Source of the DNA: a virus
Lineage: Duplodnaviria; Caudoviricetes
Direction: 5' to 3' (one strand)
Virus record (IMG/VR): IMGVR_UViG_3300021963_000318
Span: 1 to 37,662 of that record
Length of the DNA stretch: 37,662 nucleotides
The notes beneath the pieces are model-generated. The model was not told the DNA's origin, made no database searches, and saw only the letters and a program-made list of their open reading frames with translations. Below, piece by piece: positions 9,821 through 19,409 of the stretch (position 1 is the first letter of the stretch; the number at the start of each line of letters is the position of its first letter). The position numbers and the translations under genes are program-made.

Positions 9821-10383
9821 AAGAAGTAAAAAAGACAATCACTAGTATATTCATGGTGCCCACGCTAAAAATTAGTCGTGATCACCTCAAGGACAATGGA
9901 TTTATCAATGGATATGTTAGAGATGCTGGAATAGATGAGCAGTATAAAGATGCTGTTTATTTACTATTTCAGCCCAAAGACCTAGATAGATTCAGAGAGT
10001 TTCTAGACAACGAATATGAACGCACAAAAGCCATTATTGATGATTATGATTATGAGGATGGATATGTTGTGGTGGTGTATGAGCTAGACACTAGATTCAA
10101 AAAAGACTTCCTTCTTGTAAAAGAGGGACTCTATTCTCAAACTTCCAAAGCATTCCAAAACCTATTCCCAAAGATTGTTAAGATAAAGAAAGGATATTTG
10201 AACAAGGATGAAATATCTCTGCAATATCGTGTCTTCAATAAGACAGCTGATCTTGTACAATTCTGGGAAGAAAAGCTTGGTGTGCAATTTGACAGTGATC
10301 AGGAGGTATGGGAAGGCTTTGATATTGACAAGGAAACATTAGACATTAAAAAAATGAAAAAACCATGTACGACAACCAAATAG
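9817..10383 (+). CDS. Hypothetical phage protein
   Basis: 188 aa ORF with ATGA overlap. Confidence 0.6.
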   Translation: MKEVKKTITSIFMVPTLKISRDHLKDNGFINGYVRDAGIDEQYKDAVYLLFQPKDLDRFREFLDNEYERTKAIIDDYDYEDGYVVVVYELDTRFKKDFLLVKEGLYSQTSKAFQNLFPKIVKIKKGYLNKDEISLQYRVFNKTADLVQFWEEKLGVQFDSDQEVWEGFDIDKETLDIKKMKKPCTTTK

Positions 10384-10565
10384 CAGAGGTGCTACGAAAA
10401 ACCTATGGAGATGAGAATTTCAAGATATATTGTGAGATGCAAGTGATGCGTCATAAACTAGCTAAGGAAGAGCTTGATAGACTAAATCAGTCTTCTGATG
10501 AGGATTATGAGCGCTACTTCTGGAAAACAAAGCTTGATGAACTTTTAAAACAAGAAAATCACTAA
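10365..10565 (+). CDS. Hypothetical protein
   Basis: Operon packing. Confidence 0.55.
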   Translation: MYDNQIAEVLRKTYGDENFKIYCEMQVMRHKLAKEELDRLNQSSDEDYERYFWKTKLDELLKQENH

Positions 10566-10567
10566 CT

Positions 10568-10933
10568 ATGGACATACAAAAACTATTTGAAGACTATCCA
10601 AAGTCTTGTGAAATCATCAAACAATGGTTCTTAGAAAGAATGCTGGAAAGCTTTAAGGATGAGAATGTTCCTGCTGATTTTAAAGACTTTGTTCGCCAGC
10701 AGGGTATTGGAACAGAGCAAATAGCTAAAATCATAGGAAGCAATCCTAGAAGCCTCTTCCAGGTGTTTGATGACAATAAGCTCTTTATTGAAATCAGAGT
10801 GAATGTAGAAGAGGGTCCTGAGTTTTCTTGGGGAGTGAATGGAAAGAAGGTGGATGACTGGTATGCCACCAGAACAGAGGCTGAACTTAAGGCTGTCATT
10901 GAGTGTCTTAAACAATTAAATGAAAGAGAATGA
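10568..10933 (+). CDS. Hypothetical protein
   Basis: Operon packing. Confidence 0.6.
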   Translation: MDIQKLFEDYPKSCEIIKQWFLERMLESFKDENVPADFKDFVRQQGIGTEQIAKIIGSNPRSLFQVFDDNKLFIEIRVNVEEGPEFSWGVNGKKVDDWYATRTEAELKAVIECLKQLNERE

Positions 10934-11184
10934 AAAAGGATAAGATAGTACAAAACATGGTGGATAAATATGCCTTCAGAAGCGCTGTAGGCTATATGAA
11001 ATACGGTACCACCCTAGATGCTAACAATAAGGATAACTACTTACAACACTTACAGGAGGAACTTATGGATGCCACCCTGTATATTGAGAAGCTCATGGAC
11101 ATAGATAGGGAGCTAACTAGATTAGTTAATCTTCATAAAAATGATGCTGAACTGGGAGCAATTGTAAGAAAATTAGTTAGCTAG
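10930..11184 (+). CDS. Small all-alpha protein, possibly a MazG-like NTP pyrophosphohydrolase
   Basis: G..KYGTTLD...QHLQEELMDATLY with an EE..D metal-binding pattern. Confidence 0.45.
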   Translation: MKKDKIVQNMVDKYAFRSAVGYMKYGTTLDANNKDNYLQHLQEELMDATLYIEKLMDIDRELTRLVNLHKNDAELGAIVRKLVS

Positions 11185-11210
11185 AATTTTGTAAATCTCT
11201 TGGTTTTTTG

Positions 11211-11245
11211 GAAGGGCAGTCGTACATTCGCTGCCCTTCTTTTTT
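11211..11245 (+). terminator. Rho-independent terminator
   Basis: GAAGGGCAG...CTGCCCTTC 9-bp stem followed by T6. Confidence 0.7.
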
Positions 11246-11268
11246 AACCACAAAAAAACTATAGAATT

Positions 11269-14200
11269 ATGACAGATTTGGGATTAGATGCCTTAAGTAA
11301 GATTACGGTGTTTGGAAAGTATGCAAAGTATGTACCTGAGCTTAAAAGACGTGAAACATGGGATGAGATTGTTAATCGTTATCAGGCAATGATGATTAAA
11401 AAGTATCCCAAATTAGAGGACCAGATTAAAGAAACCACTGGTTTTATTAGAGAGAAGAAGGTGCTTCCTTCTATGAGAGCCTTACAGTTTGCAGGTGCTG
11501 CAGCTGAGGTGAATAACTCCCGTATCTATAACTGCTGTTATTTACCAATTGACAGCATTCACAGCTTTAGTGAGACCATGTTCCTCCTTTTAGGGGGTAC
11601 AGGAGTGGGTTATAGTGTTCAAAAACACCATATTGCACAGCTTCCAGCTATTACAAAGCCTGGAAAACAGCGTAACTATCTAGTTGAGGATAGCATTATG
11701 GGCTGGGCTGATGCTGTAAAGGTGCTCATGAAAGCCTATCTAGAGGGTGGTTTTATGCCTAAGTTTGACTTTAGAGCTGTTCGTAAGAAAGGCGCTAGAC
11801 TGATAACAGCTGGTGGTAAAGCTCCTGGTCCTGAGCCTCTGAAGATATGTCTAGCACATGTACAGGCAGTTTTGGATAGAAAGCAAGAGGGAGAAAGCCT
11901 CACACCCCTAGAATGCCATGATATCCTGTGTCATATTGCTAACTCAGTGCTAGCTGGTGGTATCCGTAGATCTGCCATGATAGCTCTATTTAGCCATGAT
12001 GATGAGGAAATGATCACCTGTAAGTATGGAAACTGGTGGGAAACTAACGAACAGCGTGGAAGAGCTAATAACTCAGCTGTTCTGAAGCGTGGAGAGATTG
12101 GAGAAGAGGAGTTTGATTCCCTTTGGAAGAGAATTGAGCTATCTGGTTCTGGAGAGCCTGGAATCTATTGGACTAACAATCTAGACTGGGGAACTAACCC
12201 ATCTCTGAGAGCTGGTACTAAGGTGCTCACTTCAGAAGGAATATTTCCTATTGAACAACTTGAAGGCAAAGAGTTTATTGTTCCTAATTTAGATGGACAA
12301 TGGTCTCAAGCCAAATGTTGGAAGTCTGGTACAAATATCAACCTTATAGAATTGAAATTAGACACAGGAGAATCCTATTTTAGTTCTCCTGAGCACGAAT
12401 GGCCTGTGTTTATAAATGGTAGATATGTAAAAGTGAAAGCTTCTGAGATTAGAGATGGTGATAAGCTTCCTGTAAATGTATTTAATAGAGAAACTCTTCT
12501 TCAAAAAGAAGGTGTGGGCACTTATGATGAAGGGTTTCTTGCAGGATGGATTTATGGAGATGGATGTATTACAGAAAGATCAGACACTGATAAAAGAGTG
12601 GTGTCTTTGGTTGTTAGTGAAAAAGATGATGTTTTAGAAAAACTCCTATCAATAGTGAAAAGTATTGATGGTAAAGAAAGAAAAACATATCAAAGAGGAA
12701 AGGTGAATGAATTCCAAATAGGTAGTCCTGAATTCTTAAAATGGCTTGATAAATTTGGAATTGATAAAAAGTCTAAAGGACTTCCAATAGGTATTTGGAA
12801 GGATTGGTCTGAGCAGATGATTCGTGGTTTTATAGATGGTCTATTTTCATCTGATGGACATGTACCTCTTGATATGCACGGTGTTGTGTTAACATCATCT
12901 AATTATCAACTAATCAAAGATGTGCAAGACCTTCTTGGATTTTATGGCATAAAAAGCAGTTTCAGAAAGAAAACTCAAAAAGGAATAATGTTTCCAAATG
13001 GATATTCTGACAAAGAATATACTGTTTACACCATAAGAACCACAGTTCAGGGTAGGAAAAAGATGTCTTCTATTTTTAAACTATCTGTAGAGCATAAACA
13101 AAAAAATCTGACACTTTCTATAAAAGAAAAACCAGAATTTGTAAAAGTTCAATATGCAAAAAGAACAGAATTGCATGAGGATGTTTGGGATATTTCTGTA
13201 AAAGATGAAACTCATTGTTTTCATCTACCTCAGGTCACTACAGGTAACTGCTGCGAGATAGCCCTTAGGCCTTACCAGTTCTGTAATCTGTGTGAGGTGA
13301 ACGTAAGTGATGTAACTAGCCAGGAAGACCTTAACAACCGTGTTACAGCAGCTGCTTTCTTAGGCACTCTGCAAGCTGGTTTTACAGACTTCCATTATTT
13401 AAGACCTATTTGGTCTAAGACCACACAAAAAGATGCTCTATTAGGCATAGGAATGACTGGTATTGGTTCAGGGGAAATCCTTAAATATAATCTAGAAGCT
13501 GCAGCTCATGTAGCCAAACTAACTAATTCAATGATTAGTGAGAAGATTGGCATCAATGAAGCAGCTCGTGTTACATGTATTAAACCTTCTGGTACAACAT
13601 CTCTAGTGTTAGGTACAGCTAGTGGTATTCATGCATGGCATGCTCCCTATTACTTACGCACTATGCGTTTTGGTAAGAATGAGGACCTAGCAGCCTATTT
13701 AATGGTAAATCATCCAGAACTTGTTGAGGATGACCAACTTAGACCACATGATACTATTTGTGTACGTATTCCTGTAAAAGCTCCAGAAGGATCTATATTC
13801 CGTACAGAAACAGCTATTGACACCCTTGAGCGTGTTAAGAAGTTTTCTAATGAATGGATTAAGGCTGGGCATAACACAGGAGACAATACACATAACGTAT
13901 CAGCCACTATATCTATTGACAAAACTAGAACATACACAATAGATCAGTTCCTTTCCAAAGAGGTTGTAGCAGACCGTTATGATTTTGGAGGAGATGATGG
14001 ATATCTATCAGAAGGATATCATGTAAGTGATATATCAAAACATGATATTGCTAACACTAAATATGATGAGTGGGATGCTGTAGGACAATGGATGTGGGAG
14101 AATAGAGAAGTGTATAACGGACTAAGTGTTCTTCCTTACTGGGGAGGTACATATGTACAAGCTCCTTTTGAAGACATAACAGAAGATGATTATAACTCTC

Positions 14201-14310
14201 GTGTATCTCATCTAAAGAGCATCGATCTCACTAAGGTGACAGAATTAGATGATTCTGTAGACTTTGGTCAGGTGGCTGCTTGTGCAGGTGGTGCATGTGA
14301 GATAAACTAG
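11269..14310 (+). CDS. nrdJ: Class II (B12-dependent, monomeric-type) ribonucleotide reductase containing an intein
   Basis: PSMR, YNCCY, GTGVG, GGIRRSA, GEPG, TNP/CCEI, FCNL, KPSGT, C-terminal CAGGAC; no NrdB in the window. Confidence 0.85.
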   Translation: MTDLGLDALSKITVFGKYAKYVPELKRRETWDEIVNRYQAMMIKKYPKLEDQIKETTGFIREKKVLPSMRALQFAGAAAEVNNSRIYNCCYLPIDSIHSFSETMFLLLGGTGVGYSVQKHHIAQLPAITKPGKQRNYLVEDSIMGWADAVKVLMKAYLEGGFMPKFDFRAVRKKGARLITAGGKAPGPEPLKICLAHVQAVLDRKQEGESLTPLECHDILCHIANSVLAGGIRRSAMIALFSHDDEEMITCKYGNWWETNEQRGRANNSAVLKRGEIGEEEFDSLWKRIELSGSGEPGIYWTNNLDWGTNPSLRAGTKVLTSEGIFPIEQLEGKEFIVPNLDGQWSQAKCWKSGTNINLIELKLDTGESYFSSPEHEWPVFINGRYVKVKASEIRDGDKLPVNVFNRETLLQKEGVGTYDEGFLAGWIYGDGCITERSDTDKRVVSLVVSEKDDVLEKLLSIVKSIDGKERKTYQRGKVNEFQIGSPEFLKWLDKFGIDKKSKGLPIGIWKDWSEQMIRGFIDGLFSSDGHVPLDMHGVVLTSSNYQLIKDVQDLLGFYGIKSSFRKKTQKGIMFPNGYSDKEYTVYTIRTTVQGRKKMSSIFKLSVEHKQKNLTLSIKEKPEFVKVQYAKRTELHEDVWDISVKDETHCFHLPQVTTGNCCEIALRPYQFCNLCEVNVSDVTSQEDLNNRVTAAAFLGTLQAGFTDFHYLRPIWSKTTQKDALLGIGMTGIGSGEILKYNLEAAAHVAKLTNSMISEKIGINEAARVTCIKPSGTTSLVLGTASGIHAWHAPYYLRTMRFGKNEDLAAYLMVNHPELVEDDQLRPHDTICVRIPVKAPEGSIFRTETAIDTLERVKKFSNEWIKAGHNTGDNTHNVSATISIDKTRTYTIDQFLSKEVVADRYDFGGDDGYLSEGYHVSDISKHDIANTKYDEWDAVGQWMWENREVYNGLSVLPYWGGTYVQAPFEDITEDDYNSRVSHLKSIDLTKVTELDDSVDFGQVAACAGGACEIN
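12202..13248 (+). mobile_element. Intein (349 aa) with LAGLIDADG homing endonuclease, inserted at NP|CCEI
   Basis: Starts SLRAGTKVLT; block B SPEHEW; LAGWIYGDG and IDGLFSSDG; block F VWDISV; ends VTTGN before the catalytic Cys. Confidence 0.9.
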
Positions 14311-14330
14311 TTTTTACGGTTAATAATAGA

Positions 14331-14364
14331 ACCCTGGGTGTTTCTACACCTGGGGTATTTTTTT
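14331..14364 (+). terminator. Rho-independent terminator
   Basis: ACCCTGGGTGT-TTCT-ACACCTGGGGT followed by ATTTTTTT. Confidence 0.75.
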
Positions 14365-14374
14365 GTTAAAAACA

Positions 14375-14406
14375 TTTGGAAAAAGCGTGAAAAAGTATTA
14401 TATTTG
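14375..14406 (+). promoter_or_regulatory. Bacteroidota sigma-type promoter
   Basis: TTTG-N20-TATATTTG upstream of recA. Confidence 0.75.
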
Positions 14407-14429
14407 TGAACATTTAAACACAATTACAT

Positions 14430-15467
14430 ATGGCAAAATCAAAGCAAGAAAGCTCTGAATCAAAGAGCAAGTTTCAAGAAGCTATGGATAAGCTAAATAA
14501 AGCTTATGGTATGGGTACTGTCCTAGCCCTGGACAGCAAAAGTGAGGGTAAATATGATGTAATTAGTTCAGGATCAATTGGTTTTGACTGGATTACACTT
14601 GGTGTAGGAGGATTTGTAAAAGGACGTTTGTATGAATTAATGGGATGGGAAGGAACAGGTAAGTCCACCATCTGTGGTCACCTTGCTGCTGAATGTCAAA
14701 AACAGGGTGGACGTGTACTGTATATAGATGGTGAGCATGCTGTGGATAAGAACTATTTTCAGGCTCTAGGTGTAGACACTACAAAACTGCTTATTTCTCA
14801 GCCTAGTTGTGGTGAGGAGGGTTTTAACATTGCTATGGAAATGATTAACACTGGAGAGATTGACTTAGTTATTATTGACTCAGACTCATCATTAATTCCT
14901 AAGAAGGTGTTAGATGGTGAGGTGGGTGACTCAGCTATTGGTAAGAAGGCTGTACTGAATAGTAATGCCTATCCAAAACTAAAGACAGCTCTCAGCTTAC
15001 ACAACGTTTGTGTTGTTGTAATTAGTCAATATCGTGAGAAGATTGGTATTATGTTTGGTAATCCCACTACAACACAGGGTGGACATGCATTAAAATTCTA
15101 TTCTGATGCTCGTATTGAGGTGACTAAAACAGGAGCAAAAGATGGTGATGTGCAATATGGTAACATCACTAAACTGAAAGCTACAAAGAATAAGATGTGT
15201 CCTCCTTACAGAAAGTGTGAGTTTGAGATAGTGTATGGTCAGGGTATTGATAGAACAAAAGAGATGATGGAGCTTGGTAATGAGTTTGAGGTACTAAAGA
15301 AATGGGGTAAAACCATCACCTTCCGTGATACTAAATATGATTTAGAAGAGTTTACAGCTATGTTAGGTGATAACGAAGAGTTCTTTAATGAGATCAAAGA
15401 CAATATTGTCCTTAAAATCAAAGAAGCAGACTTAAACGTAGAAGCAGATGCTGAAAATCAAATTTAA
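14430..15467 (+). CDS. recA: RecA recombinase
   Basis: GWEGTGKS, IDGEHA, SQP, IIDS, SQYREKIG, TTQGGHALKFY, KNK. Confidence 0.95.
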   Translation: MAKSKQESSESKSKFQEAMDKLNKAYGMGTVLALDSKSEGKYDVISSGSIGFDWITLGVGGFVKGRLYELMGWEGTGKSTICGHLAAECQKQGGRVLYIDGEHAVDKNYFQALGVDTTKLLISQPSCGEEGFNIAMEMINTGEIDLVIIDSDSSLIPKKVLDGEVGDSAIGKKAVLNSNAYPKLKTALSLHNVCVVVISQYREKIGIMFGNPTTTQGGHALKFYSDARIEVTKTGAKDGDVQYGNITKLKATKNKMCPPYRKCEFEIVYGQGIDRTKEMMELGNEFEVLKKWGKTITFRDTKYDLEEFTAMLGDNEEFFNEIKDNIVLKIKEADLNVEADAENQI

Positions 15468-15885
15468 AAAACTCAGTGAGCATGCCAAGCTACCCACCAA
15501 GGGTAGTTTGGACGCTGCTTGCTTTGATGTGTATGCAGCTAGTGTAAGAATAGAACGTCCTAATAAGATGATTGTAGGACTAGGATTTAGCACAGAAATC
15601 CCTAAGGGCTATAAAGGAATTCTTGTTCCTCGTAGTGGTATTTCTAAACATAATTGGGTGCTAGCCAACTCTATAGGCATTATAGATGCAGACTACCGTG
15701 GTGAATGGATGGCTGTCTTTAGATGTCTAGGAGATATGATTTACCAACCTTTACCGTTTGGTGTAGGTGACAGATGTGCCCAAATCTATTTTGAGAAGAT
15801 ACTAGATGTAGCATTTGTAGAAACTGAAGAGCTCTCAGACACAGAAAGAAATGATGGGGGCTTTGGATCAACTGGAACAAAATGA
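15448..15885 (+). CDS. dut: Trimeric dUTPase
   Basis: ACFD, PRSG, GIIDADYRGE, GDRCAQ, RNDGGFGSTG. Confidence 0.95.
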   Translation: MLKIKFKKLSEHAKLPTKGSLDAACFDVYAASVRIERPNKMIVGLGFSTEIPKGYKGILVPRSGISKHNWVLANSIGIIDADYRGEWMAVFRCLGDMIYQPLPFGVGDRCAQIYFEKILDVAFVETEELSDTERNDGGFGSTGTK

Positions 15886-16109
15886 GTAAACTAATACTAT
15901 CCCTGGATGATGAGAACACAAGCTTGTTCTCCAAGCAGTATTTAAGCCTTCCTGAGCTCTGTGATGAGATAGAATCCAGACTGGAAGAGATTAACACGAT
16001 GGATAAGCGTAAGAGAAAAGAAGTGAAGAAGGCTAAAGAAGATGTTAACTTCCTCATTGACATGTATAACGCTAAGGCTAAATTTAAAACCTACAACCGA
16101 GTAAAATGA
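15882..16109 (+). CDS. Hypothetical protein
   Basis: ATGA overlaps at both ends. Confidence 0.6.
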   Translation: MSKLILSLDDENTSLFSKQYLSLPELCDEIESRLEEINTMDKRKRKEVKKAKEDVNFLIDMYNAKAKFKTYNRVK

Positions 16110-16483
16110 TAGATATACAAGAAGTGTCTAAAATCAAGGAGTATCAAAGAGACTTTGAAGAGCGCTTTGGTAAACGCCTGGAAATTGATTGGGACACTAT
16201 GAAAGGCTCTAGAAAATGTTCAATTACATTTAGACACTTCAAAGAACAGGATTTTATTGATCCTGAGCAGGTGTTAATGGAATGTGTCACCAAATATGGT
16301 GCTAGCCTTGATAAGATAAAGGATAGGAAAACCAGAATACATGCTGCTGGTAACAGAAGAGAGCGTAAAGCTGTTGAGGAGTTTTCTAAAGCTGTTATAG
16401 AAAGCAGAATCAATGTGAAAGAAGCTGCAACACTTATCAACCGTGACCGCACTATGATTTATCACTTTGCATCCCTTAGCTAA
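16106..16483 (+). CDS. Hypothetical protein with C-terminal helix-turn-helix (DnaA domain IV-like)
   Basis: VKEAATLINRDRTMIYH resembles the RDHTTVxH recognition helix. Confidence 0.45.
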   Translation: MIDIQEVSKIKEYQRDFEERFGKRLEIDWDTMKGSRKCSITFRHFKEQDFIDPEQVLMECVTKYGASLDKIKDRKTRIHAAGNRRERKAVEEFSKAVIESRINVKEAATLINRDRTMIYHFASLS

Positions 16484-16896
16484 TGAAAAACAAATGTAAA
16501 ATATGTGATAAGAGTTGTGAAGGAGAGTATTGTTTTAGACACAAACCTAGAAAATCACCATCTAAAATGTCCAGTTTATTTGCTAAAAAACTTGACAAAC
16601 CTGTCAAAAATGATGATGAAATTCGGAAGATTTCCGAAATGCGTAAGTTTTTCTTACAAATATGGAAGAAGCGTGCACATTTTTCTGAGATAAGTGGTAC
16701 ACCCCTAGGTAAACAACCCCTAACAATATTCTTCCACCACATCCTGTCCAAAGAGAAATATCCTCAGGCAGCGTTTGATGAACAAAACATCATACTACTG
16801 ACATTTGATGAGCATACAGCTGTAGAAAATGACATATATAAGTATGAGAAGATTAATGAGAAACGTAAACTTTTACTAGACAAATACAACCAATGA
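16483..16896 (+). CDS. HNH/NinG-like nuclease-fold protein
   Basis: N-terminal CKIC...CFRH; C-terminal SEISG...HHIL..KYP...NIILLT..EH. Confidence 0.5.
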   Translation: MKNKCKICDKSCEGEYCFRHKPRKSPSKMSSLFAKKLDKPVKNDDEIRKISEMRKFFLQIWKKRAHFSEISGTPLGKQPLTIFFHHILSKEKYPQAAFDEQNIILLTFDEHTAVENDIYKYEKINEKRKLLLDKYNQ

Positions 16897-17195
16897 AAAA
16901 CCAATTCTTTTACACTCGTAAGGAACTAAAGAGTGGTACACCTGAAAATCCTGTGTATAATGTGTTCCGTGATAGTTTTAACATTAACAAGGTGATTCGC
17001 ACCATAAGTATTGAGGATGGAAGACTCCTCATCCTTTTGGATGATTTACATGAGCGTGCTCAAGAAATGCCTGATGTTGATCCTCGCACTAATAAGGTGA
17101 AAGGAATCAAACGTCAGAGAAACACCTTCCAGAGTGAAATCTATTTAGAACCAGAAGATGTAGAACGTTTTTATGCTGCCACTAATCTCGTGTAA
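16893..17195 (+). CDS. Hypothetical protein
   Basis: ATGA overlap; 100 aa. Confidence 0.6.
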   Translation: MKNQFFYTRKELKSGTPENPVYNVFRDSFNINKVIRTISIEDGRLLILLDDLHERAQEMPDVDPRTNKVKGIKRQRNTFQSEIYLEPEDVERFYAATNLV

Positions 17196-17922
17196 ATGCA
17201 TCACTTACGGTAGGGTGGATACGCTTGAGGAGAGTTTACATTCTTTCCTCAAGCAAGACTACCCTGCTGATAGATGTGAGCTGGTGATAGTGAATGACTA
17301 TCCTCTACAAACCCTTAAGTTTGATCACCCACAGGTGAGGATTATAAATGTCAATCACACCTTCACCACTATTGGGGCTAAGGAGAACTTTGCAACAGAA
17401 ATGTGTGAGGGGGATATTATATGCCAGTGGGATGATGATGATGTAGCTATGCCTTGGCACTTGCAGAATGTAGCTAAATATTTCACAGATGATGTAAACA
17501 TCCTCCATTGGAATCCAGGAGTGTATTATAATGGAAATAACATCACTGATATCACCTGGATAGGTAATTCAGGGATTGTGTTCCGTAAATCTGCTTGGGA
17601 AGCTGTGGGAGGTCATCCTATTGAGAATGCTGGATATGACATGACATTCATAGAAAGCCTTCATAAACACGGAGGAAGACTATTTGCTAAGCCTCCTAGA
17701 GCTGAGGCTAGCTGGTTTTATATGTGGGGAGGACGTAGCTATCATATGTCTGGTCAGGGACATGATAAGCCTGGCAAACCTAACGCTATACAAAGACACA
17801 GCGCTCATATTGAGCAGCTTAGATTCCAGGGAAAAATACCTACAGGAGATGTAGAGCTAAAGCCCAAATGGAAGCATGATTATGTTAAGATGCTTGCAGA
17901 CTTTGTAAAAGCTCATCCTTAG
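17173..17922 (+). CDS. Glycosyltransferase family 2 (GT-A)
   Basis: ISCKCITYGR, LKQDY, ELVIVND, WDDDD, GYD. Confidence 0.8.
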   Translation: MLPLISCKCITYGRVDTLEESLHSFLKQDYPADRCELVIVNDYPLQTLKFDHPQVRIINVNHTFTTIGAKENFATEMCEGDIICQWDDDDVAMPWHLQNVAKYFTDDVNILHWNPGVYYNGNNITDITWIGNSGIVFRKSAWEAVGGHPIENAGYDMTFIESLHKHGGRLFAKPPRAEASWFYMWGGRSYHMSGQGHDKPGKPNAIQRHSAHIEQLRFQGKIPTGDVELKPKWKHDYVKMLADFVKAHP

Positions 17923-18748
17923 TAAATATCCTGATGGTGTTATCACCATAGTTTGTGATGGCTATCCTACCATTTAGCGCATCTATACCATGTGGGAAGT
18001 TAAACCCACCGATTCTACCAATATATTTAAGTTTATCATCCACTAGTGTGCAATGTGCCACTGTATCATCTCCTTGAATGGTTATCAATATATCATCACC
18101 ATCCATGGTGAGAGAGTCTGTTTGTCCGTGAAATCTCACCTCATCCAGTCTTTCTAACGTAGAAAGTTTGAATAGATAGAGAATAGACTCACCTATCACG
18201 GTGGTTTGTCCTATTTGAGGAAGACTCTTTGCACACACCACTACCATTCTATCATCTTTTATATGAACATCTTTGGGGTAGTGGTCCATGTCTTTTAGGT
18301 TGCTTTTTACCACGCCTTTATTTACGTCTATAAACAAGCACCCCTTGTTAAAGTCACTATTACTAGTGATGATGATGGTGTTGCTGTCTACAATCTTACA
18401 TCCGTGAGCTTTTGTACTGGGAAGCGTGATGCTTTTCCTATACACTATCTTATCATCCACTACATCAAATATAGAAGTATGTCCATCAGGGTCAGAAAAT
18501 GGATAGTCTGATGTAACTATCACACCATCTTTATAGTCCATTAAGTCTGGATTGTAGGGAGCCTTGAAAGAGTCCAATATTTGTGAGGTGCCATCCTCTT
18601 TCAGCTCTATTAGATATATTCTTCTGCTATTAAAAGCAGCTGATACAAGCTTATTCTCATTAATCCATGCTACAGCTGTGGCTGTTGAATATCTTTTTCT
18701 ATTACCCACTGTCACCTCAGGAGCAATAGTGAGCTCATTTCTAGGCAT
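17885..18748 (-). CDS. Beta-propeller (NHL/lactonase-like) protein
   Basis: Repeated ~40-aa blades, e.g. FPHGIDALNGRIAITNYGDNTIRIF; ATG 18748 follows the upstream TGA by 1 nt. Confidence 0.55.
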   Translation of the reverse strand: MPRNELTIAPEVTVGNRKRYSTATAVAWINENKLVSAAFNSRRIYLIELKEDGTSQILDSFKAPYNPDLMDYKDGVIVTSDYPFSDPDGHTSIFDVVDDKIVYRKSITLPSTKAHGCKIVDSNTIIITSNSDFNKGCLFIDVNKGVVKSNLKDMDHYPKDVHIKDDRMVVVCAKSLPQIGQTTVIGESILYLFKLSTLERLDEVRFHGQTDSLTMDGDDILITIQGDDTVAHCTLVDDKLKYIGRIGGFNFPHGIDALNGRIAITNYGDNTIRIFTKDELLQSLQAS

Positions 18749-18749
18749 T

Positions 18750-19409
18750 TCAATAAGGAACATAAAGAGTTGTTTGTTTTTGGTTTGGGTTAGGCCAGTG
18801 CCCATCTTTTTGCTTTCTAGCTATTTCATCCAAATATTTATTTCTAATAGGAGATCCGTGTTTTGTAGAGGGTCTCATGGTAAGATTGTCTCCATGCAAT
18901 CTTCTGTGATAGGCTACACCATCAAAGGTGGTGTGTTTCACCTTGTTATACATCAGACGATTGTGAAACTCTGTATCAGCTCCACATATCCAGGGATAGA
19001 AACCATTTAGCTGGTTAAAGACATCTCTTTTGATGGCTATAACAGCATCACTCATCTTATGTCCCTTCTTTACTATTTTATTGTAGAAGTTGATGTAAGT
19101 GAGTTTTAGATAGTGCACAGGCTGTAACTGTTCTTCTATCTTCTGCAGGCTTCCTTCAGCTAACACATCATCAGCATCAAAGAAGAGGATGCTGTTATGA
19201 GAAGCTTTGTCAATCAGGGTGTTTTTAATAACATAAGGTCCTACATTAGTGGGAAAATAGAATAGGCGTATATCAGTTCTATCTTTTAAGTGGTCAAGTG
19301 TTTCTTGACAACTGTCTACCCCCACCAGTATTTCTGCTCCCTGAAGAGAAGCAATGCTCTCATCTATGTATTTTATAGCCTTGTAGGCTGGCATTATAAC
19401 AGAAAACAT
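18750..19409 (-). CDS. Glycosyltransferase family 2
   Basis: SVIMPAYK, GPYVIKN, FFDADD, GADTEF, RRLH. Confidence 0.85.
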   Translation of the reverse strand: MFSVIMPAYKAIKYIDESIASLQGAEILVGVDSCQETLDHLKDRTDIRLFYFPTNVGPYVIKNTLIDKASHNSILFFDADDVLAEGSLQKIEEQLQPVHYLKLTYINFYNKIVKKGHKMSDAVIAIKRDVFNQLNGFYPWICGADTEFHNRLMYNKVKHTTFDGVAYHRRLHGDNLTMRPSTKHGSPIRNKYLDEIARKQKDGHWPNPNQKQTTLYVPY

